Notes: a model not told the origin generated them from the sequence alone. Shown: positions 10,401 to 20,134, counted from the stretch's first letter. The stretch: 64,000 nucleotides of DNA from a bacterium (GCA_965216315.1 CBDCFN010000016.1:544001-608000), one strand, 5' to 3'. Numbers and translations are program-made.

Positions 10401-13400
10401 TCTGGCGGAGGGCGAGATACAGAGGCTCAAGGGAGTTCTCGAGCAGACCCAAGAGCGCAAGGAGGCTGCCGAAGCCGAGGCGCGTGCCAAGTTTGAAGAA
10501 CAGCAGCAGCTTAACGAGCAGATTGCAGCCGCACGGCAACGCGCCCAAGAAATTCATGAAGATATACTTCAAAAGGGTATCCAAAAGGCGGAGGCGGAAG
10601 CGGCTCGGGATGATTTGCAGCAACGCTATGCACAAGTGGAAAGTCAAGTCCTCGCCGTTTGGGAGCAGGTCACCGAAGTTTATGCAAACTACATGGAACA
10701 TCGCCGCTTCATTGAAGCGGTCTTGAGGCTTATTGCAAGAGTTGCGCGTCCGATCCAAGATGATGAGGCGACCCAGCCGGAACTCTACATAGAGGCCTTG
10801 GATGAACGCCTTCAGGAGGTTCAGCAGGTCATTGATCAGGTTGGTACGGCTGAGCATCGTCATGAGGATATGGTACGCGCCTCTGAGCAACTAGGCTCGA
10901 TGATCCAGCGAGTTGAGCAACAAGTCGTGACGATGGAGAGTGGAATTGGCTTGCTCACGGAAAAAGATCTGGAGCTCCAGAATCGCATTGCCGAACTTAA
11001 GGGTGAGATAGAGGAGTTTAAAGCGCATCGTGCTGAGGTCACGGAGCAGCGAGCCGAGCGCGATCGTTTGACTGCGGAATATCCCAATGAGCAGTATCAA
11101 AATGTTGATGAAGAGTTGACGGACTTGAGAAATCGCGTACCGGAATTACAAGGCAAGGCCAATCAGCTGGATATCCTCAAAGGTCAAATTTCTGGCATTG
11201 CCGAACAGTATGGTGATCTCGACAACGCTATTGCGCAGGAAGAAGCGCTGAAGCAAGAGGCGCAAGATGAATTAGATGAGCGGAATAGAAGGCTGGCGGA
11301 GCTTGATAAGAGCAAGGGAGAGTTAGCCGAGCAATCTGCTGCGGTCCAAGCGAGTATTGATGAGGCGGGGCAAGAGATAAAAGACAGGGAGGCCGAACTT
11401 GCTGAGGCCGAAGCCGAGCAGGAACGCGTCCGTGCCCAAATTACAGAACGGGAAAAAGCGCGTGACGAAGCGAACGAGGCGCTTGATGTCGTCCGCGCCG
11501 AGGCCGAGCGGGTTCAAGGACAGATTGAATATCTTAAAGGTGAGCTAGAAAAATTTCAGCAGAATCAACCGGCGTTGGTTGATCAGCATGCGCAGCTCCA
11601 TAAGGCCTTCCAAGTAATTACTTATATGACGCGACGGATGGGAGATATTCAATCGCAGCTAGAGGCCCTTCAGCCCATGTATCCGGATCTTGTCGATCCT
11701 ATCCTCGCGAGAATCAGCGAGCAAAGTGCTACTGATGTCGTGGATCAGGTGACGGCCTTTGAACTCTTGCTCCTGATTAATGCCTTGAATGCCGACATTG
11801 CCCGACTTTCAGTGACGACGGTGCGCGCCACGGGTGCGCAGATGATGCGCGGTGAGGTTGATGATGTCTATCAGCCTCCGATCGTTAAGGTCGCAGCAAC
11901 GCCCGATATGGGTGAGCTGGCGCAGACGGCGACTCAGGGAATGGGCCGCAAATACGCCGAAGATACGGTGACGCACGCCCATGATGATAACAGAAATCTT
12001 TATATACTCGACGTTGACGGGATGGGCGGGCACGAGAAGGGTGATGTCGCGGCCGAAATTGCGACCGAGCAATATACGCTGACGGCGTCCATTCACGGTG
12101 ATCCCATTGCCGCCTTGCGGGCTGCGAACACTTCGATGCGACAGACTTTTGCTCACAAAGGAGACAAAGCACCCGGGGCCTGCGCGGTTTCGGTTCGGAT
12201 TCGTAAACCGGAGCAGGCGGGGGGTGCCCATCATGCCGATTTTAACTGGCTCGGCGATACCCGCGCAATCGTGTTGCGGCGCAACGCTGCTGGCAAATGG
12301 CAGTGGCTCTATCGCACTGTCGATCAGAATATGGGCTTGGTTCATATGCAGGCGGGTGCCTTGAAGCCCGGGGTCGATTTTGAAGTCGGCGGCAAAGGAC
12401 TTGAGATGGCTCTGCTGACGGTTCCGAATAACAATGTCGTGATCAGTGCTTTGGGTCAAAAAGACGAACCAGACATTAAATATACCAAGGATGGTCACGT
12501 GCCGGCCGAGAACGATTGGGGGCGGAGAGAAGCAACTGAGTTTGCGGGCGGTGTTCCCTTGCAGCGTGGTGACGTAGTCCTGATGGGATCGGATGGCCTG
12601 TTTGGCAACTTTGGTAACATTGAAATGATCGCCAACTTAATTCAATATTGTGAGACCGCGGAAGAAATCATCCAAGTACTGACACGTGAGGCTCATGAGA
12701 GAATGGCGATCTTGCGGGAAGCAAAACGACATCTTAAAAACGGGGGCCGTTGGCCGTTTGAGCATCATGGGCGCTCGCTTTTCATTGATAGCAGCGGAAA
12801 AGTTTATGAAGAGGCCAATAGTACAAAGCCCTTTGATATTTTCAATATCGATAACTTCAGCGCGAGTGTCTATCTGCACAACCCGACCACGCCGCGGGCC
12901 CCGCACCTCGGTGCTGATGACGGTGCCTCCCCGGCCTTTAATGACGCCGTCACGGACCGCATTGCCCTGCCGACGCTCGAGCACAAGGGCAATAACCGTT
13001 ATGGTCTTACGATCCATAGTGGGACTCAAATAGTGGAGTTCAGACGCCGGACGGCGGATGAACAAGGAACGGGTTTCATTCAGCAAGGGAATAGGCTGAC
13101 GATCTATATTGATTCACCTAGAATTTCAAGGCAGGGCGAAGCGCGCATGATACGCGACGCCGACGGTGTCTACCAAATGCAGGATTTAGGCAAGGCGAAT
13201 GGCGTCCGCGTTTTTGAAGATGGGCAGCCGGTGCGCATTACGTCACATCAAAATTATCCGGTACAAGAGGGCGGTGTTTTCTTTGTCGGAGATTATCGCT
13301 TTGATATCGACAGGCTTCCGGAAGCTGTAGATGACGGCCCGATGGTAGAGATTGCGGTTGAAGAGCTGGAGCCCGTTGACGGTGTCGATCAGGTCGTCGG

Positions 13401-14775
13401 TGGGAGGCGCCCCCGGCTCCCGGCAGACCCCTCGGAACGTCTTACCCCGCAGCTAACGGGACCCATTTATGCCCGTTCACAGAAGTTAGCGCGGGAGATC
13501 GCTGCAACCCCAGAGAATCAGCGTAAAAATAATCCTCGTTGGGTCGGTATGTTGGCCGAGCGGGAAATTCTTGCCGAGATAGATCCACAAGTGACCTTTG
13601 ATCGCGGCCAGCAAGAAGGACGCAATTTTATTCGCATTCGTATTGGCGATGATGAATATGCCTTCTGGCCGGAGGACGCGGTGCAGATTACGCAAGCTTT
13701 GGAAAGTGCCGCATCCATCTTGACCGGTGCACGGCAGGAGCGGGCGCGCGAGATTCTGGCGGCGTTCAATCGTTATATTAAAGCCATGATGACTTCGGCC
13801 CGGCCGATATTAACAGACGAGCGTCGGGCTCAGCTACAACGGGCCGGCCTCACTCAAGCGGATCTCGTCTTAATTGAAGAGGCGGTCGGACAAAACATAG
13901 CAGGTCAATATGAGATCAAAGAGTTGATTGGCATGGGTCAACAAAGCCTGATCTTTCGGGCCTATGATCACGAAGAAGGTCAAGATGTTGTCGTGAGGCA
14001 GGCAGCTTTTTCTTATTCTAAGCTCGACAATCGCTACGCTCTCGCGGAGCATGAAAAGCGCCGGAAGCAGCTTGGTGAGTCTTTTCGAGCCCAGATCAAG
14101 GACCCGACTGGCAAGATGCCGGCGGCTATTAAAGCTATCGAAGCGCCGGCTATTATTCCAGCCGCACGACAATCAGAGCCTTTGTCAAAAGAACTCTATG
14201 TTATTGAAGAATATGTTAATGGTTCGACGATCAATGAGGTTATCCAGAGTCCCTTCTGGATTCGCATGCCGCTGGAGGAACGGGAAAGATGGCTGAAAGC
14301 TTGGATGGGTCAGTTTATCGAGTTTTGGGGTGCCTATCAACAGGCGGGTTATCATTATAGTGATATCAATCCCGACAACCTCATGGTTGATGACGAGACG
14401 AGCGGACTTCGCGTCGTCGATGCGGGGAGCCTCCGTCCTATTCAAAATATCTTCATCCAGGGGGGACCTCTTGCCTATACGCCGGGGTATACGACGCCGA
14501 AATTGCTTGAAATGATTAAGGGCCACAGCAGACGCAGTATGCAGACGAGCCCGAACTATCTCTATCCCATGCTCGGCAAGCTCATGCACCACATCTTGAC
14601 TGGAGAGGCCCCACAGCAAGCCGGTGTCATGCCGGATATGCCGGCGTTGAAAAACTCCGGCAAGGCCAGCTCGGGTGCGATTACCGTCATTGACCGTTTC
14701 TTGGCGATGGATGGAGCGACGGATATGGGGACCTATCGGAATGCGCAGGCGGCCTTTAAGCAGTGGCGCCCTTAA
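7441..14775 (+). CDS. Giant membrane-anchored coiled-coil protein with PP2C phosphatase, FHA-like and Ser/Thr kinase-like domains
   Basis: TM LLGILALLALAGAGFYIA (~8350-8416); ~1100 aa of E/Q/L/R heptads; PP2C motifs ED, DGMGGH, GDTR, SDGL, DN; FHA-like ISR...QDLGKANGV; kinase YEIKELIGMG, YSDINPDN, VVDAG, TPGY. Confidence 0.85.
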   Translation: MVPIASFSSSLALGFPAATATFQAPMLLASGRTNDPMTAVMAGAGSFTNLTEQGDGQDQLSLGSDASSALLAQGTGLREESPVLSLLATGANTDPEMSSDVDGPSLSVQNTAAMTAAPSRFMGRASQFLSTMVFIGAMFCGGCGNESTTDNRPAVTRAMPEGINQAETLRESAFIFGLTDMPSGELNDPATVDIAILTGAPYQAFKADLIRVDPRLAAQWTEVEALVQHLTTAANVRDGNPNVVTRAEMATRHDPATNSTEFTNAVRTLRLAHNIVAEYGRRVEGRGAASVSRPSDQSSDHDSPLGTLLGILALLALAGAGFYIARQRKTMKGQQQTINDGKQRLREAETLIKDLSRKQVLLGLDQGEQRYEDIAARLQAAKEKNASIKKLQADLTEVERDNVERAAALRESNRKRYEEMREEATRAAEEERVYKSLKRYRDSLRERLEKLQADEDEDPAVTVEKLREKIEEFNSAIKERDRLQAELDGLKSDNEGLDQQKVNLQAEIDRLQPIIFELRREVGTLAGQARDLRAKKEQQESARDDFNESIITLKSELHALGLTINSLGTEKAELEREKTSLIAKRDAVTAAIAQLRGSIAELEAALPQLAAERGRLDEQKSQLEPQVEEQTRLRNAAQEAYDTTLNTLNGLKDDERDFTTRKTELEDEIGEKEGSIESLKSTIGTLEARKNTLNTELTETKEKHDKLAEEIPGIERATLEAQAALADLITSHEDKVRIRGEEEAKAQAKSDAVAEQDRIIGELRAQIEQDDLKYNARLATAQSERARRGALRQEIARIEAEIRAYEIEMDGVSAIDAQLQEATERSQYLETAQFVDDEEANAAKIEMSELADRLGRLQRRREEMDLVAQRVSLRAELEPFAAAGDHVSGQAVELQLKIDALTERISAGEAGLTAQRDELSAMRGTLRSSRDELESELERLTETVRQLSGEVDGLKQRLREKNEQLEGLQSEDKGLNADIRSRETDISLAEGEIQRLKGVLEQTQERKEAAEAEARAKFEEQQQLNEQIAAARQRAQEIHEDILQKGIQKAEAEAARDDLQQRYAQVESQVLAVWEQVTEVYANYMEHRRFIEAVLRLIARVARPIQDDEATQPELYIEALDERLQEVQQVIDQVGTAEHRHEDMVRASEQLGSMIQRVEQQVVTMESGIGLLTEKDLELQNRIAELKGEIEEFKAHRAEVTEQRAERDRLTAEYPNEQYQNVDEELTDLRNRVPELQGKANQLDILKGQISGIAEQYGDLDNAIAQEEALKQEAQDELDERNRRLAELDKSKGELAEQSAAVQASIDEAGQEIKDREAELAEAEAEQERVRAQITEREKARDEANEALDVVRAEAERVQGQIEYLKGELEKFQQNQPALVDQHAQLHKAFQVITYMTRRMGDIQSQLEALQPMYPDLVDPILARISEQSATDVVDQVTAFELLLLINALNADIARLSVTTVRATGAQMMRGEVDDVYQPPIVKVAATPDMGELAQTATQGMGRKYAEDTVTHAHDDNRNLYILDVDGMGGHEKGDVAAEIATEQYTLTASIHGDPIAALRAANTSMRQTFAHKGDKAPGACAVSVRIRKPEQAGGAHHADFNWLGDTRAIVLRRNAAGKWQWLYRTVDQNMGLVHMQAGALKPGVDFEVGGKGLEMALLTVPNNNVVISALGQKDEPDIKYTKDGHVPAENDWGRREATEFAGGVPLQRGDVVLMGSDGLFGNFGNIEMIANLIQYCETAEEIIQVLTREAHERMAILREAKRHLKNGGRWPFEHHGRSLFIDSSGKVYEEANSTKPFDIFNIDNFSASVYLHNPTTPRAPHLGADDGASPAFNDAVTDRIALPTLEHKGNNRYGLTIHSGTQIVEFRRRTADEQGTGFIQQGNRLTIYIDSPRISRQGEARMIRDADGVYQMQDLGKANGVRVFEDGQPVRITSHQNYPVQEGGVFFVGDYRFDIDRLPEAVDDGPMVEIAVEELEPVDGVDQVVGGRRPRLPADPSERLTPQLTGPIYARSQKLAREIAATPENQRKNNPRWVGMLAEREILAEIDPQVTFDRGQQEGRNFIRIRIGDDEYAFWPEDAVQITQALESAASILTGARQERAREILAAFNRYIKAMMTSARPILTDERRAQLQRAGLTQADLVLIEEAVGQNIAGQYEIKELIGMGQQSLIFRAYDHEEGQDVVVRQAAFSYSKLDNRYALAEHEKRRKQLGESFRAQIKDPTGKMPAAIKAIEAPAIIPAARQSEPLSKELYVIEEYVNGSTINEVIQSPFWIRMPLEERERWLKAWMGQFIEFWGAYQQAGYHYSDINPDNLMVDDETSGLRVVDAGSLRPIQNIFIQGGPLAYTPGYTTPKLLEMIKGHSRRSMQTSPNYLYPMLGKLMHHILTGEAPQQAGVMPDMPALKNSGKASSGAITVIDRFLAMDGATDMGTYRNAQAAFKQWRP

Positions 14776-15557
14776 CCGATCGTAATTTCCTTGATCATTC
14801 CATCTCGATGAAAACGAACTGCTGTTTGCGAATGGCTCCTGCGTCGCGAATGCGTCAAGAGCCGCATAACTTTGGCGAGCGAGAGTTTTCCATCCATATC
14901 CAGACAAACGGTGACACCCGCATGAAATTTATGACCTAAGATTTCGGTTTTGTTGGCGAGGACGATCGAGCGCAGTGAACCGTTATGATGAAACTCAAGG
15001 CAGGAGTTGGCAGCGGCGATAAGTACCTGCTTATTGAAACGGATTTCCATGGGTTCATTAATATGTACCCAAACCAGCTGACCTTGATTGGAGAAATGGA
15101 CGACGGTTCCGGCCGGGAAGCGGTAGCCGGCTATTTGCATGGCTTCGGCCAGAGTCGTTTCTTTGAGGATGCCATTGCGGTAAAACGAAACCAGACGATG
15201 TGCGATGAGTTTTTTGACTTGAGCGCAATTGGTTTTCAGTCGGGTATCGCTCGCAAGTGAGACCCAATCCAGCTGAGCGTCGGGAAAGAAGTAGGCGATA
15301 CTGGTGCCGGGGAAAGTATTCGCACCGATGCGAGTCATGTCCCCAAGCCAGATGGAGGTCAGCCGCCCCCGCTCCGTGTAGAAAATTTCCGAACCTTGAG
15401 GCAGCTGCAGACCATGGACATTCATGTCGGCATGCAGCCGTGTGCTAAAGGTTCGGGGGCTATGCACGAGCAAAGCCCTGTCCTTCGGGTCCGTTTCAGT
15501 GACCTCTAAGTCGATTTCGTTCGCCGCCCTCATGGCGAGATTCCCCTCCAAATTCAT
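14772..15557 (-). CDS. Beta-hairpin repeat protein (MORN-variant/YwqK-like)
   Basis: Repeated ~30-aa units of the form G..F..G..V.F..NG.L....L. Confidence 0.6.
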   Translation of the reverse strand: MNLEGNLAMRAANEIDLEVTETDPKDRALLVHSPRTFSTRLHADMNVHGLQLPQGSEIFYTERGRLTSIWLGDMTRIGANTFPGTSIAYFFPDAQLDWVSLASDTRLKTNCAQVKKLIAHRLVSFYRNGILKETTLAEAMQIAGYRFPAGTVVHFSNQGQLVWVHINEPMEIRFNKQVLIAAANSCLEFHHNGSLRSIVLANKTEILGHKFHAGVTVCLDMDGKLSLAKVMRLLTHSRRRSHSQTAVRFHRDGMIKEITIG

Positions 15558-15570
15558 AGCCCCTGCGCCT

Positions 15571-15598
15571 CATCGGATTGCAGGGCGGGTTGAGTTGC
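15571..15598 (-). promoter_or_regulatory. ECF-sigma-like promoter motif GCAAC-N18-CGATG
   Basis: Recurrent motif upstream of ORF 15557. Confidence 0.5.
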
Positions 15599-15668
15599 GC
15601 GCCGGGGCAAAAATATTTGGCTACGTATTCATATGTATACTGAAAATAGTGTCATGAGGACTAACAGC

Positions 15669-15694
15669 GCAACGAGGAGGTGATTTTGGCGATA
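15669..15694 (+). promoter_or_regulatory. ECF-sigma-like promoter motif GCAAC-N16-CGATA
   Basis: Recurrent motif upstream of ORF 15724, divergent from the previous copy. Confidence 0.5.
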
Positions 15695-15723
15695 CACGGG
15701 GCACATTAACGAGAATTATTGTC

Positions 15724-17379
15724 ATGGTGTATACAACACTCAGCCAAACGACTCTTCTTATGGGTCACACCCTCCCAATGCTCGCGTCTGCCGATCTGTC
15801 CGCAACGCAGCCGGCGCCAGTGCTTGCCGCACCGTCACAGTCATCACTCGCATCGACGTTGTTTCAGCGCTGCATCGCGCGCCCCCTCGTGGCGACGCAT
15901 ATGTTACTCAGTCCGTTGAGTTTCGCTGGCTGTGAAGACCGGGAAATTAAACCCGTTGTGTCGGCTCGGCCTGACAGTGTTCAATCCATTCAAAGCCCTT
16001 TAGAAGTCGATTCGAACGTTGTTCCGAAAGAATTGGCGGTTATCGGTGTCTTGGTCTTGCTAGGTACGGGCTTGATACTATTGAGAAAAAATTCTCAGCT
16101 GAGATCGGAGCTGAAGGCCAAAAATAGCGCGTTGCATGAGAAAAGCGAGGAATTAGAATCCATCCAGATTTCATACGCTAAGATGCGACGGCTATTCGCG
16201 AAGGTGAAGGATCGCGATAAGATGCTGGGTCTCTATCAATCCAAGTTGGATGTCGATGCTATCTCGGCTGAACTTCGAGATCTTGAGCGAGAGATTGCCG
16301 GCCTGCAGGAGTTAAAGGAAGAACGCTATCGCTTGAAAACCGAATTTGATGAGCTCACTTCGTTAAAGTCCGTGATGGAGTTTGATTGTGAGCGCTTTGG
16401 AACAGCGATTGAGAAAGTCGAGGACGAACTGGACGAGCTGGATGCAGCATTAAAGGTTGCCGAAAGCCGATTAAAACAACGAAAGGCCGAGTATAAATCT
16501 AAACAGCAAGAGCTAGAGAATGTTCGACAACGCAGAATCACGCCTCTTCGCGTAGCACTAGCTCCGGCACCGGAAAATCCGGAGCGGCCGGTTAGGAGAG
16601 AGGTTCGATATGATCTGCCGTTGGCACAGCGGAAACGGCAGGCAATTCCTCTTCTGTCAGTCCCCGTCCCGAAAGGGCGACGCGTGAACGTGCGGTTGCA
16701 TGATGGTTTTGCCGAATATGTTCGCAATAACGGGGCCGACGTTGAGATGAGTCGTGGTGTCGGAGTCAATGGTTTTTTTAACCTTGTTCCTAAAATAGGG
16801 TATCGATTTCTCCGTGTAAGCTCCTTTCACTCGCATGATTGGAAAGCATTAGATCTTGTCTCGCTTGATGTGATTTCGGAGCCTATCAATCCGGAGGCTC
16901 ATGGTGTTTGTGATGGTGACTTTATCCTCATCAAGGACAAGGAGGGGGGACTCGTTGGTGTCGGTACTGTCAGTAGCGTCGGTGTAAGTCGCTTTAAGGC
17001 ACTCGAAGGAGCAGCTGGATCGTCGTCAGCAAAAATTTCATCGTCGGCTCTGAGCTCACAAAAACCACCGCAAAGCCAAAAGCCGGTATCACCGCAAACA
17101 ACTTTCGATATACTACGCCCTCCTGGAAAAACTGCCGAGCGGTTTGGAGCAACGGTCGAGCGGCTTGATGACGGGAAATATGAATTCCGCATCCGAGTCT
17201 ATGAAGGGGAGATTTTGATCTGGGGAGATCGGCGGTATCAGGGTCCCGCTATTCGTAAGCTTGCCGTCAGTCGTGCAACTGAAATCAAGATACAACCGTC
17301 TCGTGGCAGGCGGCTATCATTTACGCTGCGGCCGCCGAAAACCGGGCAGCAAGCCAGCATTGAGAAACACCCGCGGTAG
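15724..17379 (+). CDS. Membrane-anchored coiled-coil protein, N-terminal paralogue of the 2444-aa protein
   Basis: Low-complexity leader, FAGC, TM, then coiled coil with DKMLGLYQSKLDVDAISAEL resembling KQVLLGLDQGEQRYEDIAARL. Confidence 0.7.
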   Translation: MVYTTLSQTTLLMGHTLPMLASADLSATQPAPVLAAPSQSSLASTLFQRCIARPLVATHMLLSPLSFAGCEDREIKPVVSARPDSVQSIQSPLEVDSNVVPKELAVIGVLVLLGTGLILLRKNSQLRSELKAKNSALHEKSEELESIQISYAKMRRLFAKVKDRDKMLGLYQSKLDVDAISAELRDLEREIAGLQELKEERYRLKTEFDELTSLKSVMEFDCERFGTAIEKVEDELDELDAALKVAESRLKQRKAEYKSKQQELENVRQRRITPLRVALAPAPENPERPVRREVRYDLPLAQRKRQAIPLLSVPVPKGRRVNVRLHDGFAEYVRNNGADVEMSRGVGVNGFFNLVPKIGYRFLRVSSFHSHDWKALDLVSLDVISEPINPEAHGVCDGDFILIKDKEGGLVGVGTVSSVGVSRFKALEGAAGSSSAKISSSALSSQKPPQSQKPVSPQTTFDILRPPGKTAERFGATVERLDDGKYEFRIRVYEGEILIWGDRRYQGPAIRKLAVSRATEIKIQPSRGRRLSFTLRPPKTGQQASIEKHPR

Positions 17380-17395
17380 AATCAGGTGCCGCCGG

Positions 17396-18520
17396 TCACG
17401 TAACGCCAAGAGGGCGCGCAACTTCCGGTTTTCTCACTTTCCAGATCCAGCCATCATAGAGAAAATGCAGGAGTGATGTGCCGGAATAGTAGACGATGTA
17501 GAAATCCGTCCCGCGCAGGTTGAGGAGGAGGTAATAGGTCAAACCCATCCCCGCAATGAGAAGTGGGGCGCCTTTGAGGGCGCTACGAAAACAGAATGCC
17601 GCGACGTCACGGTTGTTCCGGTCTTGATACTTTCCATGGCCGTAGAGGTGCACAAAGGCGATGTACTCAACGGCATGGGCCATGCCGAAACAAAGATAGC
17701 CGACGATTGGTCCATGGATGACAAAGATCGCCAAGAGGGTGAGAGTCGAGATCAGGAACGTCCAGCGAGGCACTCTTTGCCGCCAACTCAGTTCCGCTGC
17801 CAGTTCATTGCGGAGCCACCAAACGAGTGCGATCAATGCTGTGATCCCGACAATTGTTGGGATCAGCCAGAGGAGGAAATTTTGGTCAACAAAGCTGAGA
17901 GCCTTCATCACGAAACGGGCTTTACCAAGCGTTGCGAAGCTTGGCCGCTGATACAGAGCCGCTCCACAAATGATGACCACAACGAATGACCAGAGCAAAA
18001 ATAAATCACGCCGACCGTGGGCGTGTTGCTCGATACCGCCCTTGCTGCGTCCGGCGTAGACCCGGAGTATGCCATAACGTTGCATAATCACGTGCCAGAT
18101 ATTCCAAAAGGCGACGATGATGATAATAATGGTCCAAGTCCAGGGGAGATCACTGATTCGGCTCCCGATTAAGAGAGCAAAGATGAGCAGTGGTGACAGG
18201 ATGTAGTCACGGATGCGCTGCGACAAGATCTGGCGGTCTCCATAGACGAGTAATAAAGTGTAATGCCGGTGGATGTACGTCAGGCCGAGTACGACGACCA
18301 TGGCCAGGCTCAAGTTTTGAAAAAAGGCTACGCGTTCAGTGTGGCGAAGCGGGATGGGGCCACTCATGTCGAGACCCCAGACGATCCAGAAATAAAAAGG
18401 AAGCCAGCAGAAAGCCAGGCAACTCAGATCGAAAATGGGGTTTACGAGCCAGCGGGCCGATGGCTTATTCGCGTCCATGTTTGTGGCGGTGTTCCAGGAT
18501 ACGTTTGTAGCAAAAGACAT
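17396..18520 (-). CDS. Multi-pass membrane protein with His motifs, function unknown
   Basis: About 9-10 hydrophobic segments; HRHYT, WHVIMQRYG, HAVEY, HFLYDGWIW. Confidence 0.7.
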   Translation of the reverse strand: MSFATNVSWNTATNMDANKPSARWLVNPIFDLSCLAFCWLPFYFWIVWGLDMSGPIPLRHTERVAFFQNLSLAMVVVLGLTYIHRHYTLLLVYGDRQILSQRIRDYILSPLLIFALLIGSRISDLPWTWTIIIIIVAFWNIWHVIMQRYGILRVYAGRSKGGIEQHAHGRRDLFLLWSFVVVIICGAALYQRPSFATLGKARFVMKALSFVDQNFLLWLIPTIVGITALIALVWWLRNELAAELSWRQRVPRWTFLISTLTLLAIFVIHGPIVGYLCFGMAHAVEYIAFVHLYGHGKYQDRNNRDVAAFCFRSALKGAPLLIAGMGLTYYLLLNLRGTDFYIVYYSGTSLLHFLYDGWIWKVRKPEVARPLGVT

Positions 18521-18574
18521 TAACGACGATGATAATGCCCCAAAACAGACCCATGAAAATCCAGCCGGAGTGGC

Positions 18575-20134
18575 TCATGATTTCTCCCTCGCTTTTAAGC
18601 GGTGATGAGCAAAACTATATTTCACTCCTATAACAAGACCCACGAGCATCAAACAGAGCATGACGCGGACGCCTGCAACGTATGCCATGTTTTCGGGTTT
18701 TACATTTTTCATGAGGATTACTTCGAAACCGGTTTTGTAAAGCCAGACGCCGAGCAGGCCAATCAAGAACATTGGTGTGACGTATTTCAGGATATAAAAG
18801 AATATCCGTGGGACTCGCATATCCGCCCCGCGGGTGATTTCCTGCCAGGCATTCTTTGGCCCAAAGAGCCAGACAAAAATTACGATTTCAACGACGGCAA
18901 ACACGGTGACGCCAAAGGTGCCTAACCAGAAATCCATGTCGTCGAGGAAGCCTTGTTTCAGGAAAAAGATGACCGGTTGGCAGAGGACAAAAAGTGCCGT
19001 GCCGGTGATGGCTGTTGCGACTTTGCGACTGACCTGAAACTCGTCTTGGAGAAAAGCCATGAAGGGTTGCACGATGGCTACAGAGCTAGTCAGGGCGGCC
19101 ACGAACAGGAGAAAAAACCACACGGTGCCAAAGGCCTGCCCGAAAGGGATTTCCTGAAAGATCAGCGGCATGGCTGCGAACCCTAAGTTGAAGGCGCCGC
19201 CGGCAGCGACCTGCTGAGTGCCGACAATGCCGAAAAAGGCAACGGCAATAGGGATTGCAATGGAGCCGCCGAGAATGACTTCAACAAAACTGTTGGTCGA
19301 CGCCGTGCTCAAGCCATTGAGCGCGACATCGTCATTCTTTTTAATATAGCTGGCATAGGTTTGAATGGCTCCAAAGCCGACCGAAAGAGTAAAAAAGACC
19401 TGACCGGCGGCTGCCAGCCATACTTTGGGGTTTTTGAGACTGGTAAAATCAGGATTCCAGAGAAAACCAAGGCCGGCGTTAATTGAGTTTTCCGGAACAT
19501 TCGGGTCGGGTGTTCCGAGCGTAAAGATACGGATCATGAGAATGATTCCAAAGATAAACAAGAGCGGCATGCCGAACTTCGCTAAACGTTCGAGGCCGCG
19601 GACGACACCGCGTGACAAGACGTAAATCGTTAGGCCCAAGCTAATCGCATAGAAAAGATAGGACGTCCAAATGTTGCTGAAGTATTGGCTGGTCGTGACA
19701 CCTTGATAGCTTGAGAGGAACAAGCTCATTTCCTGCTGAGTGGTAATGCCCATGTATTTCCCGGTAAGGGAAAAGAAACTAAAGCCCAATGTCCAGCTCA
19801 TGATGTAAATGTAGTAAACTCCGACACCGAAGCTAATGAGAATGCCAAAAGTTCCTAAGTACTTAGAGATACGATGATGCCAGAGGCGATAGAACATGCC
19901 CGGGGTGGTGCCGTGACCATGGCTGCCACCATGTCGTCCCATCGCCCACTCGACCCACATCAGCGGAATGCCGAATAAGAGTAGACAAATGAAGTAGGGG
20001 ACCATGAAGGCTCCCCCACCATTCTCAGCACACTGGACGGGAAAACGGAGGAAATTACCGAGCCCGACGGCGTTGCCGGCCGTAGCGAGGACGAGTCCGA
20101 TGCGTGACTTCCAAAGCTCGCGAGGCTGGGCCAT
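18575..20134 (-). CDS. Sodium-dependent amino-acid transporter, NSS/SNF family (LeuT-like)
   Basis: AGNAVGLGNFLRFP, ENGGGAF, AAGQVFFTLSVGFG, EVILGGSI, GAFNLGF. Confidence 0.93.
   Translation of the reverse strand: MAQPRELWKSRIGLVLATAGNAVGLGNFLRFPVQCAENGGGAFMVPYFICLLLFGIPLMWVEWAMGRHGGSHGHGTTPGMFYRLWHHRISKYLGTFGILISFGVGVYYIYIMSWTLGFSFFSLTGKYMGITTQQEMSLFLSSYQGVTTSQYFSNIWTSYLFYAISLGLTIYVLSRGVVRGLERLAKFGMPLLFIFGIILMIRIFTLGTPDPNVPENSINAGLGFLWNPDFTSLKNPKVWLAAAGQVFFTLSVGFGAIQTYASYIKKNDDVALNGLSTASTNSFVEVILGGSIAIPIAVAFFGIVGTQQVAAGGAFNLGFAAMPLIFQEIPFGQAFGTVWFFLLFVAALTSSVAIVQPFMAFLQDEFQVSRKVATAITGTALFVLCQPVIFFLKQGFLDDMDFWLGTFGVTVFAVVEIVIFVWLFGPKNAWQEITRGADMRVPRIFFYILKYVTPMFLIGLLGVWLYKTGFEVILMKNVKPENMAYVAGVRVMLCLMLVGLVIGVKYSFAHHRLKAREKS

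Noticed and set aside
7441..11900. SMC protein or phage tape-measure protein
   Set aside because: No Walker A/B or hinge motifs and no phage genes nearby; the resemblance is only coiled-coil composition.
14185..14907. 240-aa antisense ORF, and similar shadow ORFs (11809-12498, 22798-23340, 43585-44139)
   Set aside because: They lie opposite well-supported genes and show no recognisable motifs.
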